Source of the DNA: Candidatus Mediterraneibacter tabaqchaliae
Lineage (GTDB): Bacteria > Bacillota > Clostridia > Lachnospirales > Lachnospiraceae
Assembly: GCA_019120595.1 (NCBI GenBank)
Contig: DWUV01000073.1
Span: forward strand, 1 to 56,586
DNA: 56,586 bases
Direction: 5' to 3'
Shown here: one piece after another, positions 27,801-36,750 of the stretch
How positions within the stretch are numbered: position 1 is the first letter of the stretch
Layout: every line of letters starts with the position of its first letter
Program-made: the position numbers and the translations under genes
The notes under the pieces: generated by a model
What the model was told of the DNA's origin: nothing
Seen by the model: the letters and a program-made list of their open reading frames with translations, nothing else
Databases searched by the model: none

Positions 27801-30467
27801 GCGGACCTGATGGAGTCCCTGGAAGAAGAGGATGGGGACGCAGCGGAGCTGGCTGCATCTGTGACAGAGCTGGTGCAGAAAGGCAATGAGATCGCCGGAT
27901 ATCCGGAGTACCGGATGACACTCTATGATCTGATCGGCAAGGCAAAACAGATCGGGCAGGGAGACCGCACGGATGAAGAGTGGGCGGCATATAATGACGC
28001 CATCGAGACGGCAGTCCGTATCTTTGCGGATCCGGGCGCAGAGGAGGAAGACCTGAAAGCAGCCCACAAGGATCTGAAAGAGGCTGTGGCGGAGATGGGC
28101 GATATCTTTACGATCACAGCAGCAGCCGAAGGCAGCGGGCGGATCGATCCTTCCGGCGAGGTGACTGTGCTCGGCGGCGGAAGCCAGGAGTTCAGAGTAA
28201 CGCCGGATGCAGACGCGGAAATCCTGGACGTGCTTGTGGACGGGAAGTCTGTGGGTGCAGTGGAAAGTTATCAGTTTACGGACACAGATAAAGACAGAAC
28301 CATTGACGCGGTATTTGCAGACAAAGCGGAAGTGAAGTCCGAGGCGGAGGCGCTGCTCGATACAGCGATCGAAAGGGCACAGAGCCTTGGGGACGGCAGC
28401 TCATACGGCAAGGCCGGCTGGACAGCGGTGACCGAAGCGCTGGCAGCGGCCCGGGCGGCGGACCGTACAGATGAGACGGATATGCGGACAAAAGCGGAGG
28501 CACTGTTAAATGCTGCGGATGCCCTGTTCACATGGGGAAGTCCTGTGAGGACGGAAGCTGAGGACGGAGCGAAAGTGGCGGACGGCACGAACGGCGACCA
28601 GCCGATCGGCGAAAACAAAGTCCTTATGGGATATCCGGACGGAGGCCCGGTCGCCGCATCGGGAACAGGGGCCAACGGAAAATGGACCGAGCAGACCGGA
28701 GGTACCTACACAACGACCCTGTCAGGCGGAGCGCAGATGCTCTGTAAGACAAGCGGTTCCTGGATCAAGTATGCATTTACCGGAGCGCGTGTAGTATTTA
28801 TATCAGAAGAAGCAATGCAGGGCGCGCGGATCGAGATCTATATTGATGATACTCTTGTGGATACGATCGACAGCTGGACAGGCACTTCTTCTGTCAATAA
28901 CCGGCAGACGGTTGTATTTGACAGTGAGGATTATGACCTGGATCTCGGGGAAGGAAGCCATGTGCTGACGATCGTGGGAACGACCGGCAGCCAGAACTAT
29001 AAGTTCCCGATCTTCAGGGCAGACGCGTTTGAGGAATATCCTGATACAGCTTCCATTACTCCGGTGGCAGGCCTGGCTGAGCTGATCGCGGAAGTATCTG
29101 CTATGCCGTCGGATGCGTATACCGCGGCGAGCTGGGCTGACCTCCAGGATGCGCTGGCAGCGGCAGAGGCGGCGGTGAAAGACCCGGCAGTGACAGAGAG
29201 CGCTGTATCAGAGGCGAAAGCAGAGCTTGAACAGGCAAAGGCAGGCCTGGAGACAGGCAGCGCTGTCATTGACGGTGTGACGGAGCTTATGCCGGTGGCA
29301 GTGCCGGTTGGGACGACGGCGGATGCGCTCGCCGGAATGCTCCAGAACAGCGTGGTAGTTACGGCGGGCGACCGAAAAGTCCGTGTCAGCATAGCGTGGG
29401 ATCTGGCGGATTTTGACGGAGAGAATGACGGAAAGATCACGCTGAAAGGCGAGCTTACAGGGCTGGCTGAGAAAGGGCTGAGCAATGAGGACGGGCTTGC
29501 AGCATCCGTTGAAGTGACAGTCGGAGCGGGAGAGACTTCCCAGAACACGGGCAAAAAGACCCTGGAGTATTTCCTGAACCGGGCAAAAGGCTATGTGGAA
29601 GACGGAACCGTCAGCGGCCTTGTAGAATCTGTCCGGAAGATGTTTGAAGACGCCATCGCAAAAGGAGAGGCAGTGATGGCGGATGAAGACGCCACGAGAG
29701 AAGAAGTGCTCAGCGCAGCAGAAGACCTGATGTTTGCGATCCACGCGCTGGAGATGAAGGCGGCAGACAAGACGGATCTTGAGATGGCGCTGGAACTGGC
29801 AGGGATGATCGACCTGACGAAGTATGTGGAAGCCGGACAGGCAGATTACCTTGCGGCAAAGGAAGCGGCGGAGACAGTCCTTGCAGATGGAGACGCAATG
29901 CAGGATGAGACCGACGCAGCGTGGAGCCGTCTCGTTGAGGCAATGAACGCGCTCAGGCTGAAGGCAGACAAATCCGTGCTCCAGGATCTGATCAGCAAGA
30001 CTGCGGAGCTGGATCTTACCGGATATACAGAGGAGAGCGTGAGTGTATTCCGCGCGGTTCTGTCAGCAGCAAATGCCATCCTTGCGGACGATACCCTGTC
30101 TGTGGATGACCAGGCAGAGGTAGATAAGGCAGCGGCAGCGCTCCGGAAAGCGTATGACGGGCTGGAGAAAACTCAGGACGCAGATCCGGAGAATCCGGAC
30201 GGCAATACAGGCGATCCGGAAAATCCGGATGGAAGCCAGAGCGGAAATGACGGACAGAGCACTGGCGGGAACGGAGACCAGAACGGAAACAGCGGACAGA
30301 ATGGAAACAGCGGTGAGGGCGCGGACCGCGCGGATGCGGGAGCGAAAGATTCCGCGGCAAAGACGGGAGACAGCCAGAATGTCGTGCTCCCGGCCGTGGG
30401 CCTTGCGGCTGCAGTTCTTGTGATCGCAGCGACCGGGATCCTGGTATACAGAAGAAAGAAGAAATAG
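24858..30467 (+). CDS. Cell-wall-anchored GH95 alpha-L-fucosidase with helical, Ig-like/CBM-like and FIVAR-like domains
   Basis: ATG 24858 after GGAGG; signal peptide; LPLGNGHMG, QLNEKTLW, DYHTNINLQMNYW, SSEQG, HRHNSQL, HPPFQIDGNFG; SAAKTGD tail. Confidence 0.93.
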   Translation: MKKRKKRIISMAAALTMVLTAAPVYGTPARAAENDRAGEEKPLKLQYFSPADKGSSERNNWERWALPLGNGHMGAMVFGRTETERIQLNEKTLWSGGTGGTDNAEGGEYDTRDPQSDAYGNVGAYGSGAMGSYIDFLFDEFYSGSTAGNGPAQSGDMKILPNNRSALGDYQNFAEMYIDFDQPTEETENYVRELDLRTALSTVSYDYNDVHYTREMFADYPDNVLVYRVTADEEGSIDLTLHPEIADLGTTSGGHSKKVTKEGTVVADEESKTITMEGTITNNNMKFAGKFRIENEGGTVTADNSDPAKGSLTVTDADSVVIYVALATNYKNEFPDYRQADADYAAKDVTERIDNASEKKYDALLESHLEDYQELFARVELDLGGTYNADEETDQLLSAWNSNSSKGTQNHYLEELYFQYGRYMLIASSRGDTLPSNLQGIWNDRAFADWQSDYHTNINLQMNYWPAYSTNLAEIGESLNSYVESLTEPGQLTAQKLFGTTGDAWMVNCSANALGFTGNINSNASLAPTANAFILQNVYDYYQYTQDKETLENELYPVMKGACDFFLQVLQGGRTEADQDKLYMVPSYSSEQGPWTVGAMFDQQLIYLLFADTLDASEELGISNEFTQQLEDTMERLYPVNIGESGQIKEWQQEGAYNRYEGTNTKIGDDAHRHNSQLMALHPGNLITTETPELLEAAKTTLELRGDGATGWSMGQKFNMWARLQDGNHAYDKLFKNLMKNGTATNLFDLHPPFQIDGNFGATAGIAELLLQSHAGYVSILPALPDELADGSVSGLVAEGNFVVDISWSGKEITHLEITSRSGNELSLKAGAVEKIIDTASGAEVTDVTQDSNGAVTFATEAGHTYQVIPGEEQSMEKAERAVEEIREKDIVSCEYTTETGEEFSEALLACERMIEQGNYMVSGVDKAVDRLVRAEEALELREGDAYKAAAGLRFLENAAEVNYTGTDTEDTWRQQIEYDRADLMESLEEEDGDAAELAASVTELVQKGNEIAGYPEYRMTLYDLIGKAKQIGQGDRTDEEWAAYNDAIETAVRIFADPGAEEEDLKAAHKDLKEAVAEMGDIFTITAAAEGSGRIDPSGEVTVLGGGSQEFRVTPDADAEILDVLVDGKSVGAVESYQFTDTDKDRTIDAVFADKAEVKSEAEALLDTAIERAQSLGDGSSYGKAGWTAVTEALAAARAADRTDETDMRTKAEALLNAADALFTWGSPVRTEAEDGAKVADGTNGDQPIGENKVLMGYPDGGPVAASGTGANGKWTEQTGGTYTTTLSGGAQMLCKTSGSWIKYAFTGARVVFISEEAMQGARIEIYIDDTLVDTIDSWTGTSSVNNRQTVVFDSEDYDLDLGEGSHVLTIVGTTGSQNYKFPIFRADAFEEYPDTASITPVAGLAELIAEVSAMPSDAYTAASWADLQDALAAAEAAVKDPAVTESAVSEAKAELEQAKAGLETGSAVIDGVTELMPVAVPVGTTADALAGMLQNSVVVTAGDRKVRVSIAWDLADFDGENDGKITLKGELTGLAEKGLSNEDGLAASVEVTVGAGETSQNTGKKTLEYFLNRAKGYVEDGTVSGLVESVRKMFEDAIAKGEAVMADEDATREEVLSAAEDLMFAIHALEMKAADKTDLEMALELAGMIDLTKYVEAGQADYLAAKEAAETVLADGDAMQDETDAAWSRLVEAMNALRLKADKSVLQDLISKTAELDLTGYTEESVSVFRAVLSAANAILADDTLSVDDQAEVDKAAAALRKAYDGLEKTQDADPENPDGNTGDPENPDGSQSGNDGQSTGGNGDQNGNSGQNGNSGEGADRADAGAKDSAAKTGDSQNVVLPAVGLAAAVLVIAATGILVYRRKKK
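29550..30170 (+). repeat. Shared C-terminal stalk module, copy 5 of 5
   Basis: GKKTLEYFLNRAKGYVEDG...AYDGLEK. Confidence 0.9.
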
Positions 30468-30558
30468 CAGGCCGCGGAAAAGAAATCCGCAGTGAATGAA
30501 AGCAAACAATGATACGGAAGTAAACAACAGGGCATAATGTCAGGCGGAATAACAGCGC

Positions 30559-31698
30559 TTATTGCAATTTCCTAAGCTGCTCCTCAAAGCGCGTTTCAAA
30601 AAGCAGTTCTTCCTCAGAGCCGGGGAGCGGGATGGTTACGGTCCCGCCCTCCCAGGATGAGAGATAGACCGCATTCGATATGAGCAGGCTTTTGCGGGCT
30701 TCGCCCCAGGGAGCGAAGAGATTGTCTGACCGGCCGGAATTGACTGCCAGGGCGAAGTTTGCCAAAAGCTTTGCGTAGGCGTCCGGCTCTGTTTCCATCG
30801 GGAAGCTTTCCCATGTCCCGGAAGGCGCCGCGAATGGATCTGTAAGCGTTGTGCGTGCCTCCGTTTCCGGGCAGTCGAGACGGCAGATGCGCACGCCGTC
30901 CGGCTGACAGATGATGAGTCCGTCATCCATGGCGATCTCCAGGCGGTTCACGCCGGGAGCTTCTCCTGTGGACGCGGTGAAGATGCCTGTGGCGCCGTTT
31001 TCCCATTCCAGATAAGCGGTCACCTCATCCTCCACTTCGATGGGATGGTATTTGCCGATGTGGCAGAATGCCCGGGTGCGCGCAGGCATGCCGCAGATCC
31101 ACTGGAGCAGGTCCAGGTTGTGCGGGCACTGGTTGAGGAGGATCCCGCCTCCGTCCAGCTTCCATGTGCCTCTCCAGGAAGAAGCCCGGTAATAGGCATT
31201 GGGGCGGTACCAGTCCGTCACGGTCCAGCTGAGCCGCTTTAATCCGCCGAGTTCCCCGCTCTGCACGATCCTGCGGATCTTCTGGTAGGAGGGGTAAGTG
31301 CGCTGGTGGAAGATGTAGGCGCAGATCAGATCCTGCGGCCGCGCCTCCTCCATGAGCCGTGCCTGGCGGCTGTATATCCCGGCAGGCTTATCGCAGAGGA
31401 CATGGAGTCCCCGCTTCATGGCGGAGATGCTCTGTTCCTCGTGGAGCCTGTGGGGAGTGGCGATGATGACCGCGTCCAGGCTGAGGCTTTTGTCATCCAC
31501 TGCCTGGAATAATGCGTCTGCGGAAGGGAAGACCGGAATGTCTTCCGGCAGTGTCAGCCCCAGCTTTTGGAGCTGCTCCGGGCGCACGCGGGTGACTGCC
31601 GCGAGTTCCATTCCCGGGATCTGTCCTCCGAGGAGAAGGGCAGCGTACTGGCTGCCCATGTTTCCCATACCTATGATCCCTGTTCTGAGTGCTGTCAT
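30559..31698 (-). CDS. Gfo/Idh/MocA family NAD(P)-dependent oxidoreductase
   Basis: Start MTALRTGIIGMGNMG after AGGAGG; IATPH, HVLCDKP, WRGTW..DGGGILLNQCPH. Confidence 0.9.
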   Translation of the reverse strand: MTALRTGIIGMGNMGSQYAALLLGGQIPGMELAAVTRVRPEQLQKLGLTLPEDIPVFPSADALFQAVDDKSLSLDAVIIATPHRLHEEQSISAMKRGLHVLCDKPAGIYSRQARLMEEARPQDLICAYIFHQRTYPSYQKIRRIVQSGELGGLKRLSWTVTDWYRPNAYYRASSWRGTWKLDGGGILLNQCPHNLDLLQWICGMPARTRAFCHIGKYHPIEVEDEVTAYLEWENGATGIFTASTGEAPGVNRLEIAMDDGLIICQPDGVRICRLDCPETEARTTLTDPFAAPSGTWESFPMETEPDAYAKLLANFALAVNSGRSDNLFAPWGEARKSLLISNAVYLSSWEGGTVTIPLPGSEEELLFETRFEEQLRKLQ

Positions 31699-31699
31699 A

Positions 31700-32809
31700 T
31701 TATTCTGCCTCCTGAGTAAGATTTTTGCGGGACCCTGCATAGCCCTGTTTCCAGGGGCGGGGCCCGGTTTTGGACTGATGCCAGTCTGAAACGGCTGAGA
31801 AGCCCGGCATCAGCAGTGCGAGATAAGCGTCCTCCAGAGCGTACCTGAAGGGATAGATCTCAGGGCCGCCGGTTATGTATTCCTTCATTCCAGCCAGCAT
31901 ACGCGCGATCGCTGTTTCATCCTCAGGGAGTCCGCATACGCCGAACACCGGGGAATAGAGCGGCTTTCCCTCAAAAGAGACGGACAATACTTCTCCGGAT
32001 ACCGGATCGCTCCTGGTTAAAATGGGCGCCTGCCGCGGAAGGTTATCTCCGTCCAGGTAAGAAACCGTGTCGTTGAAGATCTCGCCCCGTGTCCCGCGCA
32101 GACGGATCGCGCGGCTGCGTATGGGACTCCGATACTGCTCGGGAAGGAAATCATAGAAAGCCGCTCTGCCGTTTTCGAATTCAAGGATTGCGTGGGCCTG
32201 TCCTTTTTTTGATATGGTCCCGGTGGTCAGGACTTCATACCGCGTGCGCGTCTCTGTCACGGGGAGAAAAAATGTCCTGCCTGTGATCCCGGTCTCTTCC
32301 AGTCCTGTACCCAGGAGACATCGGATTATACTGGCTGCGTGGCAGCCGTGCATGGCGGAAATATCCAGAGATACGGGTTCACCCAGGATACCGGACTGCA
32401 CAAGACGGATCATGGCGTCATACCGGGGATAAAACTGATACTGCTCGGCGATCTGGATGCGGCATCCGGAATTTTCATACAGGTTCCAGAGCATTTCCAA
32501 CTGTTCGACAGACAGACCGGCAGGAGTCTCGGAGAGGACCGGGAATCCGAGGGATGCCCACTTTGCGGCTGTCTCTGCGATGGAGTTTTCGCTGACAGCG
32601 GATACGATAAAATCCGGACCAGAGTCCATGACTTCCCGGTCGCTGGTGACAGCCCGGACGCCGTACTCTCTGCGGAACCGGTCCGCTTTTTCCCGGCTGC
32701 GGCAGAGCAGAGCGGTGAGTTCGAATATTTCAGGCAGCGCCTTCGCGATGCGTATGTAAAAGAATGAGCGCCAGCCGGAGCCGACGACAGCGAAACGGAC
32801 TTTTGACAT
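31700..32809 (-). CDS. Gfo/Idh/MocA family oxidoreductase
   Basis: VVGSGWRS Rossmann loop, PVLSETP, QIAEQY; GGAGG RBS; abuts the next gene. Confidence 0.85.
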   Translation of the reverse strand: MSKVRFAVVGSGWRSFFYIRIAKALPEIFELTALLCRSREKADRFRREYGVRAVTSDREVMDSGPDFIVSAVSENSIAETAAKWASLGFPVLSETPAGLSVEQLEMLWNLYENSGCRIQIAEQYQFYPRYDAMIRLVQSGILGEPVSLDISAMHGCHAASIIRCLLGTGLEETGITGRTFFLPVTETRTRYEVLTTGTISKKGQAHAILEFENGRAAFYDFLPEQYRSPIRSRAIRLRGTRGEIFNDTVSYLDGDNLPRQAPILTRSDPVSGEVLSVSFEGKPLYSPVFGVCGLPEDETAIARMLAGMKEYITGGPEIYPFRYALEDAYLALLMPGFSAVSDWHQSKTGPRPWKQGYAGSRKNLTQEAE

Positions 32810-33069
32810 GATGTACCTCCCGGCATGAAACTGGACTGTCCTAAACTGTCTAAAATTTTATCACTGCGCAGTGGAAAATACAAGATTCATACAACGGCTG
32901 TGACTTCACATTGTAACAGTTCAGCCGAGGCAGTGGAGAGCGGAAGGACATGGGCGCAGCAGTTTAAAAAGAGGTTTATAAAAGAATAAACTGCGGCGCC
33001 CCTGTAAAACAGCTGACTCTGAAAGCAGATCGTTTGTTTCCATATTAAAGTGCTTTCTTTTACATGGCA

Positions 33070-34062
33070 TTACCTTACACGGATCGTATTTCCCGCATAG
33101 ATGAGGTCAGGGTTGGAAATCCCGTTTAACGCGGACAGAGCGCTGACCGTGGTGCCGAATTTTACGGCGATGCCGCTTAAGGTATCTCCCGGCTGGATCG
33201 TGTAATACTGTGCGCCGGAGCTGCCGGATCCACCGTTTTCCGGGACGCGGATCGTGTTCCCTGCATAGATGAGATCAGGGTCGGAGATCCCGTTCAGGGA
33301 GGAGAGGGCGCTTACCGTTGTACCGTAACGCTGGGCAATGCCGCTTAAGGTATCCCCGGGCTGGATCACATAGGTGATATAATCCGGCGAAGGTGCCGGA
33401 GAGGGAGAAGGAGACGGCGCAGGCGAGTTTCCGTCCAGGTGGTTCAGCCCTGCGGCTTTGATCGCGGCAGGATAATCGACATATCCGATATCCAGGTCTA
33501 CATCCCCTGATATGCCGGGGATGCTGCCCTGGCTTGTGTACTGCCAGATGCCGCAGTCCGTGCCGTCGAAACTGTCCGCGTAGCGGGCGTACCAGAAGGC
33601 GTAGCGTTCCGGGAGGGAGCTGCCAAGGTAGGTGTCGAGGAAATTGCGGTTTGTATAGAACATGGCATAATAGCCTTTTTCTTCCACCCGGTTGCAGAAA
33701 CTTGTCACGATCTGTTTCGCGAGCGGTGCATTTATGGTCACGCCTTCGCCTGCCGCGTAGGCTACGGACGCCTGCTCGATATCATAGCAGACCGGGTAGT
33801 CCAGCCGGTAGCCGGAGATGGTGCCCAGGCAGCCGTCAGCCTCCTGTACGGCGGTCTGCGGGCTGACTGCGTAGCAGAACCAGTACACACCGATGGGGAG
33901 CCCGATACGGTTGCATTCGGATGCATTTCTGTGAAACTGTTTATCCACGGTGTTGAAGCCGTACCCCGCGCGGAGCATGGCGAACCGGTATCCCGCGGCT
34001 TTGACCCGCTCCCAGTCGACAGTCCCCTGAAATTCACTGACATCAAGTCCTTTTATACTCAT
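33070..34062 (-). CDS. GH25 muramidase with Pro/Ser linker and two LysM domains
   Basis: GLDVSEFQG, YDIE, WQYTS.G.IPGISGDVDLD; two YxIQPGDTLSGIA LysM repeats. Confidence 0.93.
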   Translation of the reverse strand: MSIKGLDVSEFQGTVDWERVKAAGYRFAMLRAGYGFNTVDKQFHRNASECNRIGLPIGVYWFCYAVSPQTAVQEADGCLGTISGYRLDYPVCYDIEQASVAYAAGEGVTINAPLAKQIVTSFCNRVEEKGYYAMFYTNRNFLDTYLGSSLPERYAFWYARYADSFDGTDCGIWQYTSQGSIPGISGDVDLDIGYVDYPAAIKAAGLNHLDGNSPAPSPSPSPAPSPDYITYVIQPGDTLSGIAQRYGTTVSALSSLNGISDPDLIYAGNTIRVPENGGSGSSGAQYYTIQPGDTLSGIAVKFGTTVSALSALNGISNPDLIYAGNTIRVR

Positions 34063-34222
34063 ATGGATCAGACCTTTCTATATATAATTGTATCCCCGGA
34101 AGGCACCAGAAAAGAGCCGCCGGGTTTGGTTTAATATATGCAGATAGTTTAAGAGGAGTTCGCAGAAGCGGATGGGATTTCCGATGGAACAAAACTACTA
34201 ATATTTAGTATAAAATTTATTA

Positions 34223-34282
34223 AAAAAGGATGATGTCCTGACTTTCGCATTTGTGTATTAAAGTCAGAACATCATCCTTTTT
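34223..34282. repeat. 23-bp inverted repeat with 14-nt loop in a divergent intergenic region
   Basis: AAAAAGGATGATGTCCTGACTTT / AAAGTCAGAACATCATCCTTTTT, one mismatch. Confidence 0.85.
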
Positions 34283-34285
34283 CTA

Positions 34286-34341
34286 TTGCCTATCCGTCAA
34301 AACTGCCATATAATAAACACTGATTGATAATTTTTTATCGA
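34286..34341 (+). promoter_or_regulatory. Sigma-A promoter of hydrogenase operon with downstream Rex-like operator
   Basis: TTGCCT-N17-TATAAT (34286-34314); TTGATAA-TTTT-TTATCGA at 34324-34341 resembles clostridial Rex TTGTTAA-N4-TTAACAA. Confidence 0.65.
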
Positions 34342-34372
34342 TATTACACAAAGAGACCAAAGGAGGTATCCC

Positions 34373-34846
34373 ATGTTAGATCAGAGCTACTATGACAAGA
34401 CGGATGAGATCATCGCGGAGCACGGCTCGGACCAGGCTTCCCTGATCCCGATCATCCAGGACATCCAGACGGAATACCGCTACCTTCCGCCGGAGCTTCT
34501 CAACTATGTGGCAGGGAAGCTCGGCATCACTGAAGCGAAGGCATACAGCGTGGCGACATTTTATGAGAATTTTTCTTTTGAACCGAAGGGCAGATTTGTG
34601 ATCAAGGTGTGTGACGGTACGGCCTGTCATGTGCGCAAATCCATCCCCATCCTTGAGAGACTGCGCAGCGAGCTCGGACTCTCCCCGGAGAAGGCGACCA
34701 CAGACGACATGCTGTTTACGCTGGAGACGGTGTCCTGCCTGGGCGCGTGCGGGCTTGCCCCGGTCATGACGGTAAATGACAAAGTATATCCGGCGATGAC
34801 CCCGGATGCAGCGGCTGATTTGATCCGAGAGTTGAGAGGAGTTTAG
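34373..34846 (+). CDS. hydC: NuoE-like [2Fe-2S] subunit of bifurcating [FeFe]-hydrogenase
   Basis: VATFY, CDGTACH, CLGACGLAP. Confidence 0.9.
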   Translation: MLDQSYYDKTDEIIAEHGSDQASLIPIIQDIQTEYRYLPPELLNYVAGKLGITEAKAYSVATFYENFSFEPKGRFVIKVCDGTACHVRKSIPILERLRSELGLSPEKATTDDMLFTLETVSCLGACGLAPVMTVNDKVYPAMTPDAAADLIRELRGV

Positions 34847-34851
34847 AGCGT

Positions 34852-36738
34852 ATGGACAGAATAGAGAACAGAGAAGCTCTCGAACAGGTGCGCGGGGCTT
34901 CAAGAGCACAGATCGAGAACAGCAGGTGCAGGATCCTCATCTGCGCCGGGACAGGCTGCCTGGCGGGAGGCTCCGGGCAGATTTATGAGCGTATGTGCGA
35001 ACTGGTGAAAGAACACCCGGATGTGGAAGTACATTTTGGGCCGGAGATCGCGCATGGAGACGGTGAGATCGGAGTGAAGAAGAGCGGATGCCACGGTTTC
35101 TGCGAAATGGGACCGCTGATGCGGATCGAGCCCCAGGGCATTCTTTATACAAAGGTAAAACCAGAAGACTGCGATGAGATCTTCCACAGGACGATCGAAA
35201 AGGGAGATATTATCCGGCATCTTCTTTTTAAACAGGACGGCATTGAGTACCAGAGGCAGGAGGAGATCCCCTTCTATAAAAAACAGACGAGAAATGTGCT
35301 GAGGAACTGCGGGCATATTGATGCAGAGCACATCCAGGAATACATATCCACAGGCGGGTACAAAGCGCTGGAGAAAGCGCTCTTTGAGATGAAGCCTGAG
35401 GACGTGATCAAAGAGGTGTCAGACTCCAACCTGCGCGGGCGCGGGGGCGGCGGTTTCCCGACCGGGTACAAGTGGTCCCAGGTGGCGCGGCAGCAGGAGA
35501 AGGAGCGCTACGTAGTCTGCAACGGCGACGAGGGCGACCCGGGAGCATTTATGGACCGGAGCATCATGGAGGGCGACCCCCACAAGATGATCGAGGGCAT
35601 GATGATCGCGGCTTACGCGGTAGGCGCGAAGGAAGGCTATATCTACGTGCGCGCGGAGTACCCGCTGGCGGTCAGCCGTCTGAAGCTGGCGATCGCCCAG
35701 GCCGAGGAATGCGGTCTCCTCGGGGACAATATCCTGGGGACGGACTTTTCGTTCCGCCTGCACATCAACCGGGGCGCCGGAGCGTTCGTCTGCGGCGAGG
35801 GAAGCGCGCTGACCGCGTCCATCGAAGGAAACCGCGGCATGCCGCGCGTGAAGCCGCCGAGGACAGTGGAACAGGGGCTGTTTGGGAAACCGACCGTATT
35901 AAATAACGTAGAGACATTTGCAAATGTGCCGATGATCATCCTGGAAGGAGCGGACTGGTTCAAGAGCATCGGACCCGAGAACAGCCCGGGTACAAAGGCA
36001 TTCGCCCTGACGGGAAGCGTGAAGCATACCGGGCTGATCGAAGTGCCTATGGGAACCACGCTGAAAGAGGTTATCTTTGATATCGGAGGCGGCATCAAGG
36101 GAGACGCCGCGTTCAAGGCTGTGCAGATTGGCGGACCTTCCGGCGGCTGCCTGACGGACGAGCACCTGAATGTGAGCCTGGATTTTGATTCCCTGAAAAA
36201 GATGGGCGCAATGATCGGGTCCGGCGGCCTTGTGGTCATGGACAATAATACCTGTATGGTGGAAGTGGCCAGGTTCTTTATGAACTTTACCCAGAATGAG
36301 AGCTGCGGAAAATGCGTGCCCTGCCGCGAAGGAACGAAGCGGATGCTTGAGATCCTGGAGCGCATCGTCGCAGGCAACGGGGAACTGGAAGACCTGGATC
36401 TCCTGGAAGATCTGGCACGGACGATCACAGAGACTGCACTCTGCGGGCTCGGCAAGAGCGCGGCCCTGCCGGTCATGAGTACCTTAAGGCTCTTCCGCGA
36501 CGAGTATGTGGCGCATGTGGTGGATAAGAGATGCGAGTCCCATACATGTTCGGCGCTGAAGCGGTATGTCATCAGCCCGGAGCGGTGCAAGGGATGCTCC
36601 AAGTGTGCGAGAAACTGTCCGGCGGACGCCATCAGCGGCAAGATCAAAGAGCCGTTCGAGATCGACCCGAAGAGATGCATCAAGTGCGGAGCCTGCGAGA
36701 GCGCCTGCGCGTTTGGCGCGATACATGTGGAATGGTAG
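34852..36738 (+). CDS. hydB: NuoF-like FMN/NADH-binding subunit of bifurcating [FeFe]-hydrogenase
   Basis: LRGRGGGGFPTG, CNGDEGDPGAFMDR, GGPSGGC, ESCGKCVPCREG, C-terminal 2[4Fe-4S]. Confidence 0.92.
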   Translation: MDRIENREALEQVRGASRAQIENSRCRILICAGTGCLAGGSGQIYERMCELVKEHPDVEVHFGPEIAHGDGEIGVKKSGCHGFCEMGPLMRIEPQGILYTKVKPEDCDEIFHRTIEKGDIIRHLLFKQDGIEYQRQEEIPFYKKQTRNVLRNCGHIDAEHIQEYISTGGYKALEKALFEMKPEDVIKEVSDSNLRGRGGGGFPTGYKWSQVARQQEKERYVVCNGDEGDPGAFMDRSIMEGDPHKMIEGMMIAAYAVGAKEGYIYVRAEYPLAVSRLKLAIAQAEECGLLGDNILGTDFSFRLHINRGAGAFVCGEGSALTASIEGNRGMPRVKPPRTVEQGLFGKPTVLNNVETFANVPMIILEGADWFKSIGPENSPGTKAFALTGSVKHTGLIEVPMGTTLKEVIFDIGGGIKGDAAFKAVQIGGPSGGCLTDEHLNVSLDFDSLKKMGAMIGSGGLVVMDNNTCMVEVARFFMNFTQNESCGKCVPCREGTKRMLEILERIVAGNGELEDLDLLEDLARTITETALCGLGKSAALPVMSTLRLFRDEYVAHVVDKRCESHTCSALKRYVISPERCKGCSKCARNCPADAISGKIKEPFEIDPKRCIKCGACESACAFGAIHVEW

Positions 36739-36750
36739 GAGGAGACGAGC

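Noticed and set aside
5711-30170. Shufflon, DGR or cellulosome (cohesin-dockerin) explanation for the repeated module
   Set aside because: No invertase, inverted sites, reverse transcriptase or adenine-specific variation; no dockerin calcium-loop duplication or cohesin recognised. Repeats are direct and coding.
33070-34062. Prophage remnant around the GH25 lysin
   Set aside because: No holin, structural, integrase or att features nearby.
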